Origin: Dicyema japonicum
Lineage: Eukaryota; Animalia; Dicyemida
Assembly: GCA_011109175.1 (NCBI GenBank)
Contig: RDEW01000027.1
Span: 395,772-459,771, forward strand
DNA length: 64,000 nt
Direction of reading: 5' to 3'
The notes under the pieces were generated by a model. That model searched no databases. It was given only the letters and a program-made list of their open reading frames with translations, and had not been told where the DNA came from. This document shows, one piece after another, positions 26,071-40,005 of this stretch; the stretch's first letter is position 1, and each line of letters opens with the position of its first letter. A program made the translations under genes and the position numbers.

Positions 26071-26259
26071 GTAAGTTAGCTAATTTTTATGATCAATCTG
26101 GTTTTTTCGATAATTATCTCAGTGAATAACACGATAAGTGAATTTATTTTAATTTGTTGAAAGGTTTAGGTGGTGTAGTCTTATTATACGAAGCATCCTT
26201 GTTATTTCATGGTAGGTGAGTCTGGGTAGTTATTTTTCGATAATAAAGTTTTTAAGCAC

Positions 26260-27500
26260 TTTCACTCAGAGTTGACCGACCTTAATAAAATCATCAGTTC
26301 ATCGCAAAGCAAAAGAAGGGAAAATGGGCGGAATTTGTAGAAAGTATCGATCACAAAGCTAACTCAAGAAGATTCTGGTGGATGATTGAGGAATCAAGAA
26401 CAGCTAAACTGATTCCAATCTCCCCCAGGGTCCAGCCAAAAAGAATCAAAACTGAAATGCTTTCTAAATCAGGCCAATAACTTGATGAAGTATTATTCTA
26501 TTAGTAACCTCAAGATGACTCCCTCTCCCACCCTCGCAAAAAGAAACTGAAAGTCAAGAGTTCCCATTTATCAAATAAATATAACTTTACACACGGAACT
26601 TACCAAAAACGCGCAAAACTCCCCTACCTTAATATCTTCCACTTAAAGAACCCAGTTCAAACGGAATACATGCTGTAAAGACCTTATTTGAATATTCAAT
26701 ATACTTATTCTGCATTCCAGCTTTATCGCAATCCTTAAGCCTAACAAGAGTCCAATAGATCTTTCATCGATCAGACCCATCTCCCTTCTGTCTGTGGTTT
26801 ACTAAATTTTGGAAAGAATTGTTTTAAAAGAAATTTCAAATCACACCAATCATCAGCATAGCTTCCGCTCACTCCACTCCGCAACCACCCACCTGACAAC
26901 CCTTTTCAAAAATTGCCGACGGTTTAATAACTTCTCTCCCCCTGAAAGGACGGTACTTGCATCAATTGAGCTTACCAATTCTTTCGATCGCACCTCATAT
27001 ATATTAGTGTCCAACAAAATTCTTTCCTCTGAAATCCCACCCATCTGAAAGCGTTGGGTATTGAATTTCTTGTCAGGCCGACTCGGACAAGTGTGCCTCC
27101 ACTCGTGCACTTCACGATTCAGGTATTTTCCATACGGAGTTCCACAGGGTTCTGTTCTCTCCCCAAACCTTTTCACTCCAATTATCTTACATATGCCGAT
27201 GACATTGTCACCGCTGTCATGTATGCAGATATTCAGAGAGTCACACTACATTTGCAGTCTAATCCATAAGCTCCAAGTCATCCAGTCATGCGAACCATTA
27301 CAGGATGACAAGATTTACCCCCTTCTGACCATCTATATTGGGAATCGTGGATTCTCCCGGTTGCCGTTCATTTAAAAATGCGAAGCTTACAGTTTCTGCG
27401 GCAATGTTCGGTTCTGACCACCAGACTGTTTAGCTCCTTATGTCTGGAAGCCGTAGAAATATCCAAAGAACTGTCCTCGACCTACAGAGAACTCTATCGA
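26260..27500 (+). mobile_element. Degraded LINE RT
   Basis: RPISLLSV, QHSFRS, GVPQGSVLSPNLF and YADDI remnants. Confidence 0.8.
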
Positions 27501-28044
27501 GAATCACTCAACCTAAAATCGGGCATACTTGAACAAACGAAATATACAACTTAGTATCTACCCGCGAAAAAACTGGATGTGTTCTTCCCTTTTCGTTGGT
27601 TCTGGACGAACTTGTGTGTGATAAGCCATGTTTAGATGCTATTTTTAAAAATTGTAGTTGCCATAAAAATTGCCCTACCCATCACTAACTGATTCTTTAA
27701 CCAAAAATCCCTAATTTGTTTGTATTTTGCATCCGATGAGAGTTTTGAAAGTTTTTTTGTGACACATCAATTTTTTTCAGAATTTCTGCAATTTTTCATC
27801 TTAATAGCGATCACGTATGTTTCTAATGATTTCTTTGGATCACTCCCTTCATTATCTTTACAAATTTTGAACCCATCGAGCGATGCCTAATTCTAATTTC
27901 ATCAAATTTTTGATGATTTCTCATAAAGTCTGAGTTGTTGTGTTATAAATTTGAATTTTCACTGGAACAAGTTCGATTCTAATGGAGATATATCCTAATC
28001 CTGTGTCAATGTTTGTTTAACGTTTGGCAACTGTTAGATGTTTA

Positions 28045-28340
28045 AAGGAGTAGTGGTTACTACTATTAGTCGTTTCGTGATTGGTTGTGAATTCGATTTC
28101 CATGCCACTACCTACCTTTTCGAAGGGTCCTTTCTGATCTTTGCCTTCTTCAATTCCTAAAAGGTACCATGTGATCCATTAGTTAAAAGAGACGTCCAGC
28201 GCCTGGCCGGGATACAAAATGAATCTAGCTCTTCCCTACTCCATTGAATGGGTTCCCACAATGGTGGATATGGATGAACTGATGCTCGGAAAAAATGCGT
28301 CTCACTTTGACAATGAGAACTGGAATTCTTAGTTTACACT
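28045..28340 (+). mobile_element. tRNA-derived SINE (degenerate)
   Basis: tagtgg..gaattcgatttcc head plus ttcttcaattccta core shared with 25770-26070; gcctggccgg block shared with 49900-49950. Confidence 0.6.
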
Positions 28341-28508
28341 TTTAAAATATGACTTTTACTATAAAAGAATTATTGTTTATTTTAATTTTATAGCACGTGG
28401 TGACTCTATGCGTTTACTTCACCATTAAGATGTTTAGTGGTGGAATAAGTAAAAAACGAAAATAAACTCAAAACATTTACCAAACCAAGACCGTTAGATA
28501 AAATTACA

Positions 28509-30398
28509 CTAATTAACGAAATAGAGTTTGCAGCCAATATTGGCGTCATTCGAATATATTTTTGTCACATTTTCATTTTTGGTGAGAATATAAACATGAG
28601 CTTTGCTTTCAAAATTCTCATTCTGAATTAAGTAAGTTCCATAGCCAAATTTTCCAATTTCATTAACAAAGTAGCCATAATAAAATTTTTCCATGGATGG
28701 TGATTTATATTGGATCCACCCATTGTCCAGAATATTCATGAAACTCAATTCTGTGTTCATCTCCAAAAAGTCACAATTCAAGGTCATCAGAGAACAGATT
28801 TTGTTGTTTAGTGCCACTTCGTTAGACGGAGCTGATTTTCTACTGAGCCTCATTGGTATCACAATTGAGGTTAACAAAACTAAAAATTACTCAATTAATA
28901 AATACTGGCTACTAAGAAGAGTGATATGACAGATTTGCCAATAAGTGAGTTTCTTGATGTCTTGGTTTTCATTTTGGCTATTTCAGCATTGGTGGTTCTG
29001 GCAACTGATGATGTGGCAAAGAGCTCGTTTAATGTCTGTGAAACTTCCTTCTTTGAAGTTACTTCCATAAATGGATACATCGGATCTGATTTTACTTCTC
29101 GCTTGTGAAAAAGTGTATTAAGGAATGGAAAGCCTAAAAAGATTACATTTAGTAAAAACCTTTAATGGATTCGCTTTTAGAGAATTGATTTTTGGGTATA
29201 CGCTCCAAGAAAGTTACTTGATTTTCGAATGAGGGCTCTAGGTCAAAGTCTGATCCTACTGCAAAAACATATGATGCATGTGATCTTTCCGTCAAAGATT
29301 TTTCGCTTGATGTCTGTGAAGTTTCTGCCAAGGATTTTTTGCTTGGTGTCTTTGAAGCTTCTGCCAAGGATTTTTCGCTTGGTGTCTTTGAAGCTTCTGC
29401 CAAGGATTTTTCGCTTGATGTCTTTGAAGCTTCTGCCAAGGATTTTTCGCTTGATGTCTTTGAAGCTTCTGCCAAGGATTTTTCGCTTGATGTCTTTGAA
29501 GCTTCTGCCAAGGATTTTTCGCTGATGTCTTTGAAGCTTCCGCCGAAGATTTTTTGCTGATGTCTTTGAAGCTTCCGCCGATGATTTTTTGCTTGATGTC
29601 TTTGAAGCTTCTGCCAAGGATTTTTCGCTTGGTGTCTTTGAAGCTTCCGCCGAGGATTTTTTGCTCATTGGTAACTCTTGATAAATATCTGAATAGGAAT
29701 CAGATTCCCTTTCTGAATATGTGGTTGACTTGGCAATTGATGAATGCTCACTTGGAATCTTGGAATCGGAAGCTGGAGTCCAAACCAAACCTGAATCACG
29801 TTGAGTGGATTCTTCAATTGGCTCAATTAATACATCGCTTTCGTGTAAATGCGGAAAATCTTGATTTTCATAGTTCATTACAGGTTTTCTACTTATAATT
29901 TTGAACCGGGAGTTAAAAGTTTTAGACTTCATAATACTATCATAGATCGAGAAGGTAGACTTGGGGAATGCTGCAGTTGTAGTTTCAGGGACAGAGGTAG
30001 TTGGTAGAGTAGTTTCAGAAACTGTAGTTGTTGGAGTGGTTGTAGTTGTAGGTTCAATAGTTGTTGTAGTCTTCTCTATGACTGCAATGATCTCCGGTAA
30101 GGATGTTGTCTCAGGTACAATAGTAATGGCTGGGGTTGTTTTCTCCTCTGTTGTAGTGGTTACTGAGATGGTTGGAGTACTCGTTACTTGTCTAGTTGTA
30201 GGTTTATCTTCCATATTGCAATCTTCTTCTGATTTGCCCATAATAACAAATTTTTCCAAGATAATATCTTTATAAGATTGTCCAGAATCACTGTTAGAGT
30301 CAACTCTGTAAATTTCAGATTTCCCGTTGGAATCAGTCTCACTCATACTACGGCTGTCTATTTTGTTGATAAAATTATATTAAACCTTGTGAACTCAT
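28509..30398 (-). CDS. Orphan mucin-like single-pass membrane protein with Thr-rich tract and 12-aa repeats; frameshifted within the repeat array
   Basis: Introns 30358-30385, 29134-29159 and 28880-28905 join the ORFs in frame; TTTTIEPTTTTTPTTT tract; (AEASKTSSEKSL)n; TM SVISLFLVAILLTSIVIPM; about 110-aa C-terminal domain. Confidence 0.7.
29297..29666. repeat. 36-nt coding tandem repeat, about 10.3 units (two units are 35 nt)
   Basis: Unit gatttttcgcttgatgtctttgaagcttctgccaag; units 29513-29547 and 29548-29582 each lack the same T. Confidence 0.97.
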
Positions 30399-31269
30399 TT
30401 GCTAGTAAAAACGTATAAATTTTGTTTTATTTCGAGTATTCACTTATTAAAGGAATGATTGTAACTCGATTTGTATATAACATTGTTTCTAATATTCGTT
30501 ACAATTATTGCCTATTTTATGACAATTTAGGAGAGTCGTATTGCCCCATAAAGAAATAACTAGTTTTTAGAGAATAAAGATTAAGACAATTTACATTAAG
30601 TCAATGCTATTTTCAGTCATTAATGGAAGGTCTTTGGACATCCGGAAGCCTCGTCTAGCGTGGTCATGGAGGACATATTACTTTGACTTCCTTATTGACG
30701 AGGAGGGTAATTTTATGGAACATACTAAAATACGGAAGAAAATAGGTTGAAAAAAATTCAGGGAAAGAGTATAGAATTTGGCACAAGAGACAAAAGTTGT
30801 GTGGCAGAGAAATACTGAGAGAGGAAACAGGATAAGGAGAGTACCTGACTAATCAGGTCGAACGAAGATGTCGAAATGAACGTCTATCCAGAATAAAATA
30901 AAGAAATCTGTTTCCAAAAGCCATCGTCGTAGCGTCTTAGCGAACGTTAAAAACCACTTCGCGGAAAATAAAATCAATACGAGAGAGTTTGTTCAGGATG
31001 GAGAAATAAGGGGTCGTCCTAAGGATTTAAGAAATTATTTGAATGGAGAAACTGTTCCATGAGAAGCACAGAGAGGTATGACCATCAAGAAGACTTTTGT
31101 CGCACAAACTTTTCCCATCGCAGTCATTCATATGAGAACGAGGGAATACACGATTTCGCCGCGTGTTGAAATATTTTTTTTGACAAAAATTATTTGAAAA
31201 ACAATGAAATCATATATCAGATAGTCCACAATTAGAAATTTAGCATGTATCTCTGTTCTGTTCAATACC

Positions 31270-31950
31270 TTCTTAGGCCAAGCGGGAACCGATATTTCTA
31301 GATCTCAAAAGACCGTATTTTCGGGTCTTCTAAGGGGTGTATTTTCCAGATGTTGAGAAGAAACGGGGAAGTTTGGTGATTTTTTAGATGTCCAAAGAAA
31401 AAAGAAAATCTGAAAGGGTTTCCCTGATAGACCTGAGGACAAGGGTATTCGATATTCCAATTGTAGAAAGCGTTCTGATGACTATTCAATCCGCACAGAA
31501 TGTGTTGCGGCTTCTTAGTCGAGCTCTAGTTCTACTCCACTTGAGGAGGGTTAAGAGAATGTGCAACTACGGGAATAGACCTCTTGCAGACGATCCTGGC
31601 AGCTAGCTTTCTGAAAACAAGCCTACAGCGATCTGAAGGGCTCCCTTTCCTTCTTATCAGAGGCGATCGTGTTGCAAAGGACAAGATGTGTCGGTTTGTC
31701 TCAGGTAGACTTCCCGGAATCACAGATAGAGGATATAAGGTGGACAGCCGGAACTCCAACAGACAAGGGAGTGAAGTTTTTTTTCAAATAACTGGGTCTT
31801 GTACTATACAAGCCAATACTGCTGCAAAAAGTACTCCATCTTTCAAAGTAATTAAGGTGCTCACTTTGGCAGATAATGGAACGAATCACAGTTTGTAAGA
31901 GGGAGGTGGTTTTCTGTCCAATGATGGTTTTTGTGGTCTTTTTGAAGAAG
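31270..31950 (-). mobile_element. Degraded CRE-like RT fragment
   Basis: LVFRKLAARIVCK..LNPPQ, preceded by an IAVG remnant. Confidence 0.65.
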
Positions 31951-33074
31951 AGACTGTCTTAATAGCAGCACGAGTTCCTCCTTCTGACGTGATCGGGATG
32001 ACATACCCCATTTTCGCGTGTTGAAATCTCGTTTTTTCCCTCAATTCAACGTTCCACTAAAAAACATGTTTTTTTTGAGTTTTTGGAAATAGTCTGTGCA
32101 ACATTACAAGCGAACTAGGTTAGAAACTACGAGCGAAAATCCCCAAGTTCGGATAGGTCGAAATTTAATTTTCATAAAATAGTGTTAATTTACGTTTTAG
32201 AGATCAATCGGTGTCGAAAACGATATCAATGAAGTTATACTGGTTTGACACTGATTTGGCCAAAATAACCTTGATGGTAAACCATTAACATTAATTTTAC
32301 GTTAAATGACCTTTGAAGAACCTTAAAATTTGGCTATTTTCTAAATTTCTGGATCGCTTGTCGTGAATAGGAAAAGGGATGAGAGAGAAACTGACATATT
32401 GTGCGCTTTCGTTGCAAACGCTTTTTCAATTTGAGAATTGTTAACTATTTTTGCTGTATATATTGCGATCGGGTTTTTAAATTTTATTTTAAAAAATTAT
32501 GCCAGGTCCAAGGATGTCTATCGCACACTTTAATAAGCAATAGGCGGATGCCAGTAATGTAAGTTCTTGTCTCCCGGAATTGTATATTCCGACATCATAC
32601 GTGAAGGGGTTTCGATCCTGTACAGACTCAGAAAATCCTCAGGTGTGATGACAATTGTTTTGATCATTGATGGGTGGAAAGGTCTTTTTTTGTAATGACG
32701 TTTTTCTTGAATAGCTTTTTCGGTAGCAGACTCGTCACTACCAGTGATCGATCCGAAATCCAAGACGAGATCTATTTGCTTGAATGTTTCGAGTGATTGT
32801 CCGAGCTCCTGCTTGTAAAACTAATTGGAGGAAGGATATCTTCCTTCGGGTGTTCGTTTGACTCGGATAAATATACCTCGCCAAACGTATGTCGCTGAAA
32901 GCCGAGACAGTTTTCTGCATCTTTTTGAGAAAGCCTTTCGTATGATCTTCTAATATTCTATCCACATCCTGACGTTTTCTTCGGAGGTTTGTTGTGCGTG
33001 AAAAACTCTTTTTTGGCTAACAATGAAGTTTTTTTGGTTAAGGTGGTTACATCCCTCTATAGCACTTAGTGCTG

Positions 33075-35440
33075 GTAATGTCTCAAAAACACTATGGACG
33101 AAAGAATTTCAGCTTCATGACTTTTAATGTGAGAAGAATCAGTTCTGAAATACAAAAAAATCAGCTTTGCCAAGATCTACGCAGTACGGAGTAATTGCTG
33201 CATGCCTTCAGGAAACTAAAGTATCCACCGAATTGGATGAAGCCTATAGGGAATACAGATTTCTGTTTCTGAGACCGGACTGTAGCACTATGGAATGACT
33301 TTGAAGTGCATCAAAGAATTACAATAGAAAAGTATTGGAAAATCAATGACAGGATTTGCATAATCCAGGTTAGTAATAAATTACTACAATCCAGCAAAAC
33401 ATATGACCACTTGGATTGGTCAGATAAAAAGTGGAAATGAGATAATACCTATTTACAATCAGGTAGACTACATGTTATGCAAAGAAAAATTCAAAGGAAT
33501 GCCATTCATGATCATAGAAAAATTCAAAGGAATGCCATTCACGCTTCCAGCTATTTCTAAGCAGTCATTTCTCATTTCAAATTAACAAAGGCGCAATTGC
33601 GAAAAACAGAGCACGAGGATCTCGGTTGAATCATTGAACACAAATGCTGACATTCGGAAAGTGGTCTTTGGAATTAATCTTAATTTGTGGAAAGGATCAA
33701 CAACATATCTCGAGATTACCTGAAACCTGTCAACCCGACCAAATTTGGAACGGAATTGCCAGCGAATTATAAGCTCAGCCTCGAGTTTATTAAAGCTGGT
33801 CTCAACAAGGCCTACAACCAACATTCTATATAAAGAAATTCAAGAGTTGTGAGAATCAAAAAAACTTACGACACAGAAACGAATGCAACCTTAAAAAGAA
33901 GAGTTAAAAAAGAGAAGGGGAATACAGAGAAATATAAAGAAAATAATGAAGGACTTCACGAACTGATCTCAATAACATTACCTTGGAACTAGAAAAAATA
34001 GATCACAGTCCTAAAATGTTCAGGGCAATCAGAATTCTGAATAAATCAAATATATCTAAAAAACTAAAATAACGAATGGAGGAGGAAAATACATAACAGA
34101 ATTAAAAGAACGTGCTAAGTTGATTGCTTCCCATTTCAAAAACCAATTCCACAACGAGGGCCACAAAATTAAACAATTTACTTGCAATCACAGCCCTCTA
34201 AATGACCCAATTACACACGAAGAGGTTCTGAACGCTATCACAAGCTAAAAAATATCACTAGCTCAGAAATAGATGGAAAAAATGGAGAACTCATAAAAAT
34301 GATTCCGAATTATTGACAAAAAATTGTCAACATTTATAACAAAATTTTTGAAACGCATATACCTTACTACTGGAGAAGACCTTATCACAGTCCAAAAATC
34401 CAGGGAAAAATCAGTCCTGTCGAAAACCTCCGGCCAATTATACTACTGAAGATTTTCTCAAATGTTGTGCGTAAAAAAATAAGTCCGGAGGTGGAAGAAT
34501 ATTTATTTCCTACTCAAAGCGAATTCAAAAGCAATCGATCTACTTCAGACATTGTATGGGCCCATCGATGTTGATGTGCTATGAACTGTCTGAAAAATTT
34601 TTCTACTCATGTTGGGGTACCACAGGGGGATTCCTTATCTATCTATCTCGAAGCGCCACTGTGGGTCATGTGGCATAACAGAATTTATGCCGACGACATA
34701 GACTATGTTTTCCGAATAGATGGGCGATTTACAAAATATCCTAAAACGTGAACCCAAAATATCGAAACATGGTCACTGAAAATGAATATCCAAAAAACGG
34801 GCATAACAACATTGAAAAGAGAGGCTCAGTCAGCTGAAGAAACACAAAGAAGAGTGAAGAAGTTAGGGTCTCTACTAGAAGACTGGGAAGACATTAAAAA
34901 AGGAAAACTTTAGTAAAAATAGACTAAAGAAAATACAGTCCAGGTGGATGGGTAGTCCCATGTATCATTAAAGACAGAAATGCAGCTTTACAACGTCTTT
35001 CCCGTGTTTCTGTACAACTCTGGACATGGGGCGTCAATCAGTCACACGGGGAAAAAATAAATTCCCACCACAGAAACCAGCTACGATCGCTGATGAAATC
35101 AGGATTCTAAAAAGGATTTATAACAATGAGTTGTACGGAATATGCAATTCACAGCAGATCGAATCAACGGCCAAAAGGGAAAGGTGGAAGTTATTTTGAC
35201 ATATACTAAGAATAGATCAACAGTTCCAGCAAACAATGCTCTGGAAGTTACTTCTAAAGCAGTTATGGATACCTGCGTCCACATTACTCTCTTCCTATTG
35301 CAATTGCAATTCACAAAATTCTCGAGTCCTCCGAAAAATTGCCTTCTCTGGGAAAACGTCAAAGAATCTAACATGGAAAAATGTCACGATATAGCAGAAA
35401 CGACTAGAAGATTACTTTCTTTTAGCTGCGATCTTAGAGG
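33075..35440 (+). mobile_element. Degraded RTE-clade LINE
   Basis: TFNVR, LQETK, IYNQVDY, NLRPIIL, VWAHR, GVPQGDSL and YADD remnants; homologous to 59349-62280. Confidence 0.85.
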
Positions 35441-35624
35441 CCTTTTCTTTGATCGACTCTTTCTATTTTGACAAAACGTCCACAATCGTGATGTGCATAA
35501 CGGTTCGCATATTTGGTACTTTTCTTGATGTGTATATTATTTGTGTTAGAGTTACTTTTTGTAATTGTAGTGGAAGTTGAACTGTTTATAAATATATTAC
35601 TCATTTTTGTTATTATTTATTTAT

Positions 35625-35880
35625 TTATTTTAAAACCCCAAGACCACAAAGAGAGAAAGAATTAACTTGCTAAATTAAGTGATCCCAACATCTAAAATCT
35701 CTCGAATTCTCTTCGAATGCTCCATCAGTGAACCAAGAGCGTTTCTGAAGTGTCTTCTTTTATTTCTGCAGAGGAATTATATCGGAGTGCACTTTTTTAA
35801 TGCCGATCTGAATTCCTCAGCATGAATCACCCTCTCTCTGAATGGGTTTCCTAGCTCATTGCACATACGTAAGAAGACCC
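35625..35880 (-). mobile_element. LINE family B 3' end
   Basis: The reverse complement ends gggatcacttaatttag...gtggtcttggggt plus an AT tail. Confidence 0.55.
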
Positions 35881-37249
35881 AGTAAATTTAAAAATTGCCA
35901 ATATTTTTATTTTTAGCCAAAATTTTTGATTAGTATTCTTGTATATTTTATGCTTAATCCTGCTTATTAAAGATTTTCTGTCTATAGATATTAACCAGAG
36001 GTCGATGCCGTTTATGACTTCACCATTAAGGAAGATATTCCTTGCACCGTTTGTTCCCGGGTAACAAGCGAAGCTTGGGATCCATTGTTTTGATTGTTCC
36101 TAGTTCTTTCGCCTGGGGATGTCAGGTTGTTGAGAAAGTTTTTGAAACCTTTGTTTTTGGATTTATTTGCCCCGACAGTCTAAGACCCAAAAATTGATTT
36201 CCTTACTGGATTTACTAAATCCTTCAATAATGTCTGTCCTGTTTTGGATCGTCCATCGATCACGTCAGAAGAAAATCTACTTCTTGCGTCGAGGTTACGA
36301 GTACAGAGACGAATTCCTTTGAGGATCCCAAGGTCAGTGATGGTGGTGGCGGCCGAGGCTCTAGCCAACGCTGAAGACAGCTTATGAACACTTGACCAAC
36401 TCTAACACCTATCAGAGCTAATACAGTGAGAGAAAGTTATATACTCTAATATCACGTATATTTTTGATTCAATCAATCTGCGCCACTATTCAAGCGTAAA
36501 TGAAAATTTTGGCTGACTTTTGGTTGAATTAGATTCCTTTTCCAGGTTTTGTTGGACAGACCTCTAAAAAAATCAGCTACGGAGGTGTCAAGTGAAATTA
36601 AAGTATCATTTTAATGTTTGGAAAACCAACTTTTTTGTATACGAACAATGGAAGTTATTTATAAATGAAAAAATGTTCGAATTATACTAAAAATATGCTA
36701 TTAAACACGTCAGGGGGCGTCCCAGGTGTCCGTGAGTGCAAGGACAAGCCGAGCGTCTGAAACAGACGTTTAAATTTTTGATTTGTTCGACATGCTTGTC
36801 AAGGAATTTAAATTTCAAGTGGATTGACATAATCCGTCACAGAAATTAATGGTGGCGACTTAAAAATATAATGAGGCTTCATCTTGAATAAGTTCTACTT
36901 TTTACGTGGAGTAACAAAATAGAAAAGTAGTTCGGTGACAACAGTAGATTGGCTAATGCTTATCCGAGAGATGTATGCACATGAATTGATTACGTCGACA
37001 AAATCAACAATCAGTATTTTCTGTTCAGTTAACGATAGGTGGTGAGGGAATAATTTTAGAAATAGTAACATCTCGTTTATTTGAAATGGATACAGTGTTA
37101 TTTAAAAAATCAAATAGTGTAATAATCCAAATTTTACGGTTACCAAGACATGTAATATATCATTTCGATAACAGCCCTCACAATTTTAATATAAAAAAAT
37201 TAACAATACAGACAACCACAACAACGTGGCAACCGCACACCAAATAATA

Positions 37250-37810
37250 CAGTAATAATAATAAACACCAGAGACCACGGTTTACACAAACTAACTAATC
37301 ACGTGATCCCAGCACACTCTAGCAGGGAACTCATCTTGGCCCGATGCTCCTCCCTCGACTCCATACAAGCACGTATCGGTCGAGTGAGTGGACCTTCGCA
37401 GTCACGACGGCGCGTTCCATTATTCATTCGTATCAAGGCTTCAAGAGGCATTGGTGGCTGAACTCTTCAGAAATTCAGCGTTCCGTGATTTTGGAGGCTC
37501 TTTTCCGGCTAGCCTCGATCTTCAAGACATTCGTCCAAGAGATGAATGGGCCCCATATACCACATGAATAAAAGATGCATGGTTCAATGAATTGTTTATA
37601 TAAAGTGCTCAAAACAGTATGCTTTTTGATCTTCCATAAGCCTGTGAGGCATTTCAGAACACTTTTCGCATTTCGTAATTACGTTTTCAACATGGGGCGA
37701 GAATGACATATGCATGTCAAAAGTCACCTCATGGATCTTTTGGGATTTTTTGAAAGGAATAGCTTCATTGTTTGCCTTTAGTTCGACCGTCTGGGAAGAC
37801 AAGCTATCCC
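37250..37810 (-). mobile_element. LINE family B 3' fragment (RT C-terminus plus 3' UTR)
   Basis: IPFKKSQKI..VTFDMHMSFSPHVENVITK; 3' UTR gggatcacgtgattagttag..gtggtct followed by a (tat)n tail. Confidence 0.75.
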
Positions 37811-37811
37811 T

Positions 37812-40005
37812 GTGAGGATCCTCGAGGCCGTACGACCTGTTGCTGTGGAGGCCCTCTCCAAAGCGATCGAAGATACCCTTCGAACTAACGCAGTACAGAT
37901 TGGGTGCTCCTTTTCAGTTTAGCGAGTTTCGCACTGGGACTTGATCGAGATGGTCACGGAAAGGAGTATCTCGCTAACACCATGAGGACAAACATTCGTT
38001 CTTTTATGGGAGGAACCCACATCCCCAGTTGCCCCACAGCTTCTAACTGTACGCGGGAGACACGTGGTACAAACGAGGAAGTCGAAGTGCTTCGTCTCAA
38101 AAGAACTGTTCGGTCAAAGTTAATCGAAAGTGGTACCTGCGCAACCATCAGTGCACTTTCCTCAAGTAGACCCGCGAAAACTGACTCCCTAGGAGACCAG
38201 GGACTTCGTCTTACGAATTCAATTACTTCACTTATGAGCCGGATCCTGTCTGCAGTACTACCCGAAGTTATCCGCCATGGAATGTTCTCTGCCAATTTTA
38301 TAGCTTTCGATAAGAAGGCGGCAGAGTACGACCGGTTGAGGTCGGGTTTGTCTTCAGAAGACTGGATGCTAAAATTGCCTCCCGATATTCTATTCCACTC
38401 GTCACACAATTCTTGACCCACCTTAAGTAGGCGTCGGTGTTCACATAATGCGAGGCCGTTATCCATTAGTGAGGACATTCCTAATCGCAGTATAGAAGAT
38501 TCCGGGGCATGTCCTGGTCAAACTGGACATCAAAACGGCTTCATTAGTCTAAGGAGGGACGATATCCTGGAGGCGTGTATTGAGAGATGCCCTAATATTT
38601 TTCGAAATTGTGAGTCAGTCATAGGACCTACCTTCATCCTTACTTTTCGGGGACTACCTTATCCCTTCGTATTCCGGAGTGAAACAGGGAGATCCCCTTG
38701 GACCCTAATTGTTTTGTCTTGCAATAGAGAAAATCACAAAAACTTCCGCGCTCCCACCTAAACTTATGGTATCTGGATGATGCGGTCCTCGGAGGTCCCC
38801 AGATACTGTTTTCCGGGATTTTGAGGTGATAATTCCAGCACTGTTGAAAGTTGGACTGGAATTATTATTATTAAATGTGAAATCTACAATTGTGGACTTT
38901 CAGAAGAAAGTATTAAAAAGCTATGTCATCTTTCGCGAATTTACTCTTGGAATTATTTCTACGCCGATTAAGACCTTATATTCCTTGGATTCCCAATCAC
39001 CATAAATGCAATGGGGATAGCTATACGTAAAAAACGACGGTTACTCGAAAAGACTTTGATTCGCTTGTGTCTATTTGGCATACAAACATCATTATTCCTC
39101 CTGAAAAAAAGTCTCAATGTACAGAAGCATATGTCTTGAGGACTGCTCCTTATATCACTCAGTGTGACCAACTCGAACAGATTAACGGGATCTTCCGTTC
39201 GATAGCGTAGTGTATATTCAACGTCCAGTTCGATGATTACTCATGGAAGCAAACCACGCTGCCATTAGACTCGGAGGGTTTGGAATTCGCAACCCTGTAG
39301 ACGTTTCTCTCCCTGCATATCTCTCGTCGCTAGTGGCTTGTAACACCCTTGTCAAGAGGATTTTACACTCCCTTCCTGAATTCTCTATTGAAAAAGAACC
39401 CCGGCCATGCTCATGATACTTGGAGCCGTACTAATCTGCATTCCTGCTTTCCGCGTTCTTTTAGCGGGACCTGGATGATGCTGTATGCATGACTTCTTTT
39501 GAAGATTTATATGGCCAACATCGCCGTGTCTGTTTTTTGTCAGGACGTCTTCCTAGACCGGTGCCTGGCTCAACGCCGTTCCTAATGGAGTTTTGGGTAC
39601 CTTTCAGGATGATGAATGCGTCCGTATTGGGATCTCAACGACTCGGATTAAAAGTCTGTGTTCCACATCGGTGCCGATGCGGAAACCAGATTGATTGTTT
39701 TTGGCCTAAATCCTCTCTCCTGCAGGAAGAGTGCAGGTAGATTTCCCAGACACATGGCCTTGATAGAAGTCGATAGGCCAGCTTTGGACGCCGCCGGACA
39801 CCCCTCCATGCTCAAACCAGTCGGTCTTTCAGACGTGCGGAAAACGACCAGATCTCGTTCGCCATTTATTTAATAACCCCAAAGTCGATAGTGCCGTCAC
39901 TAAGGGAGTCCATTGTCATGGCATAAATCCCACTCGCCATCCTGAGAGGGAATAGCCACGTAGTCAGGGCAGCCGCTATATGACCATTTGCTCTCTTTTC
40001 TTTTA
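37812..40005 (+). mobile_element. CRE-like non-LTR retrotransposon (RT plus RLE), degraded
   Basis: KKGGRVRPVEVGFVFRRL, VKLDIK, GVKQGDPLGP, WYLDD, CRCG and HMALI motifs; the 3' end matches 20808-20880. Confidence 0.88.

Noticed and set aside
29297-29666. CRISPR array (36-nt repeats)
   Set aside because: Head-to-tail units with no spacers, coding in frame, eukaryotic context, no cas genes.
29961-30275. Val-rich plus-strand ORF and other antisense ORFs over genes or RT sequences
   Set aside because: Shadow frames of the Thr-rich or RT coding strand.
32530-32965. Host gene from two adjacent minus-strand ORFs
   Set aside because: No recognisable motif and no micro-intron joining them; left unassigned.
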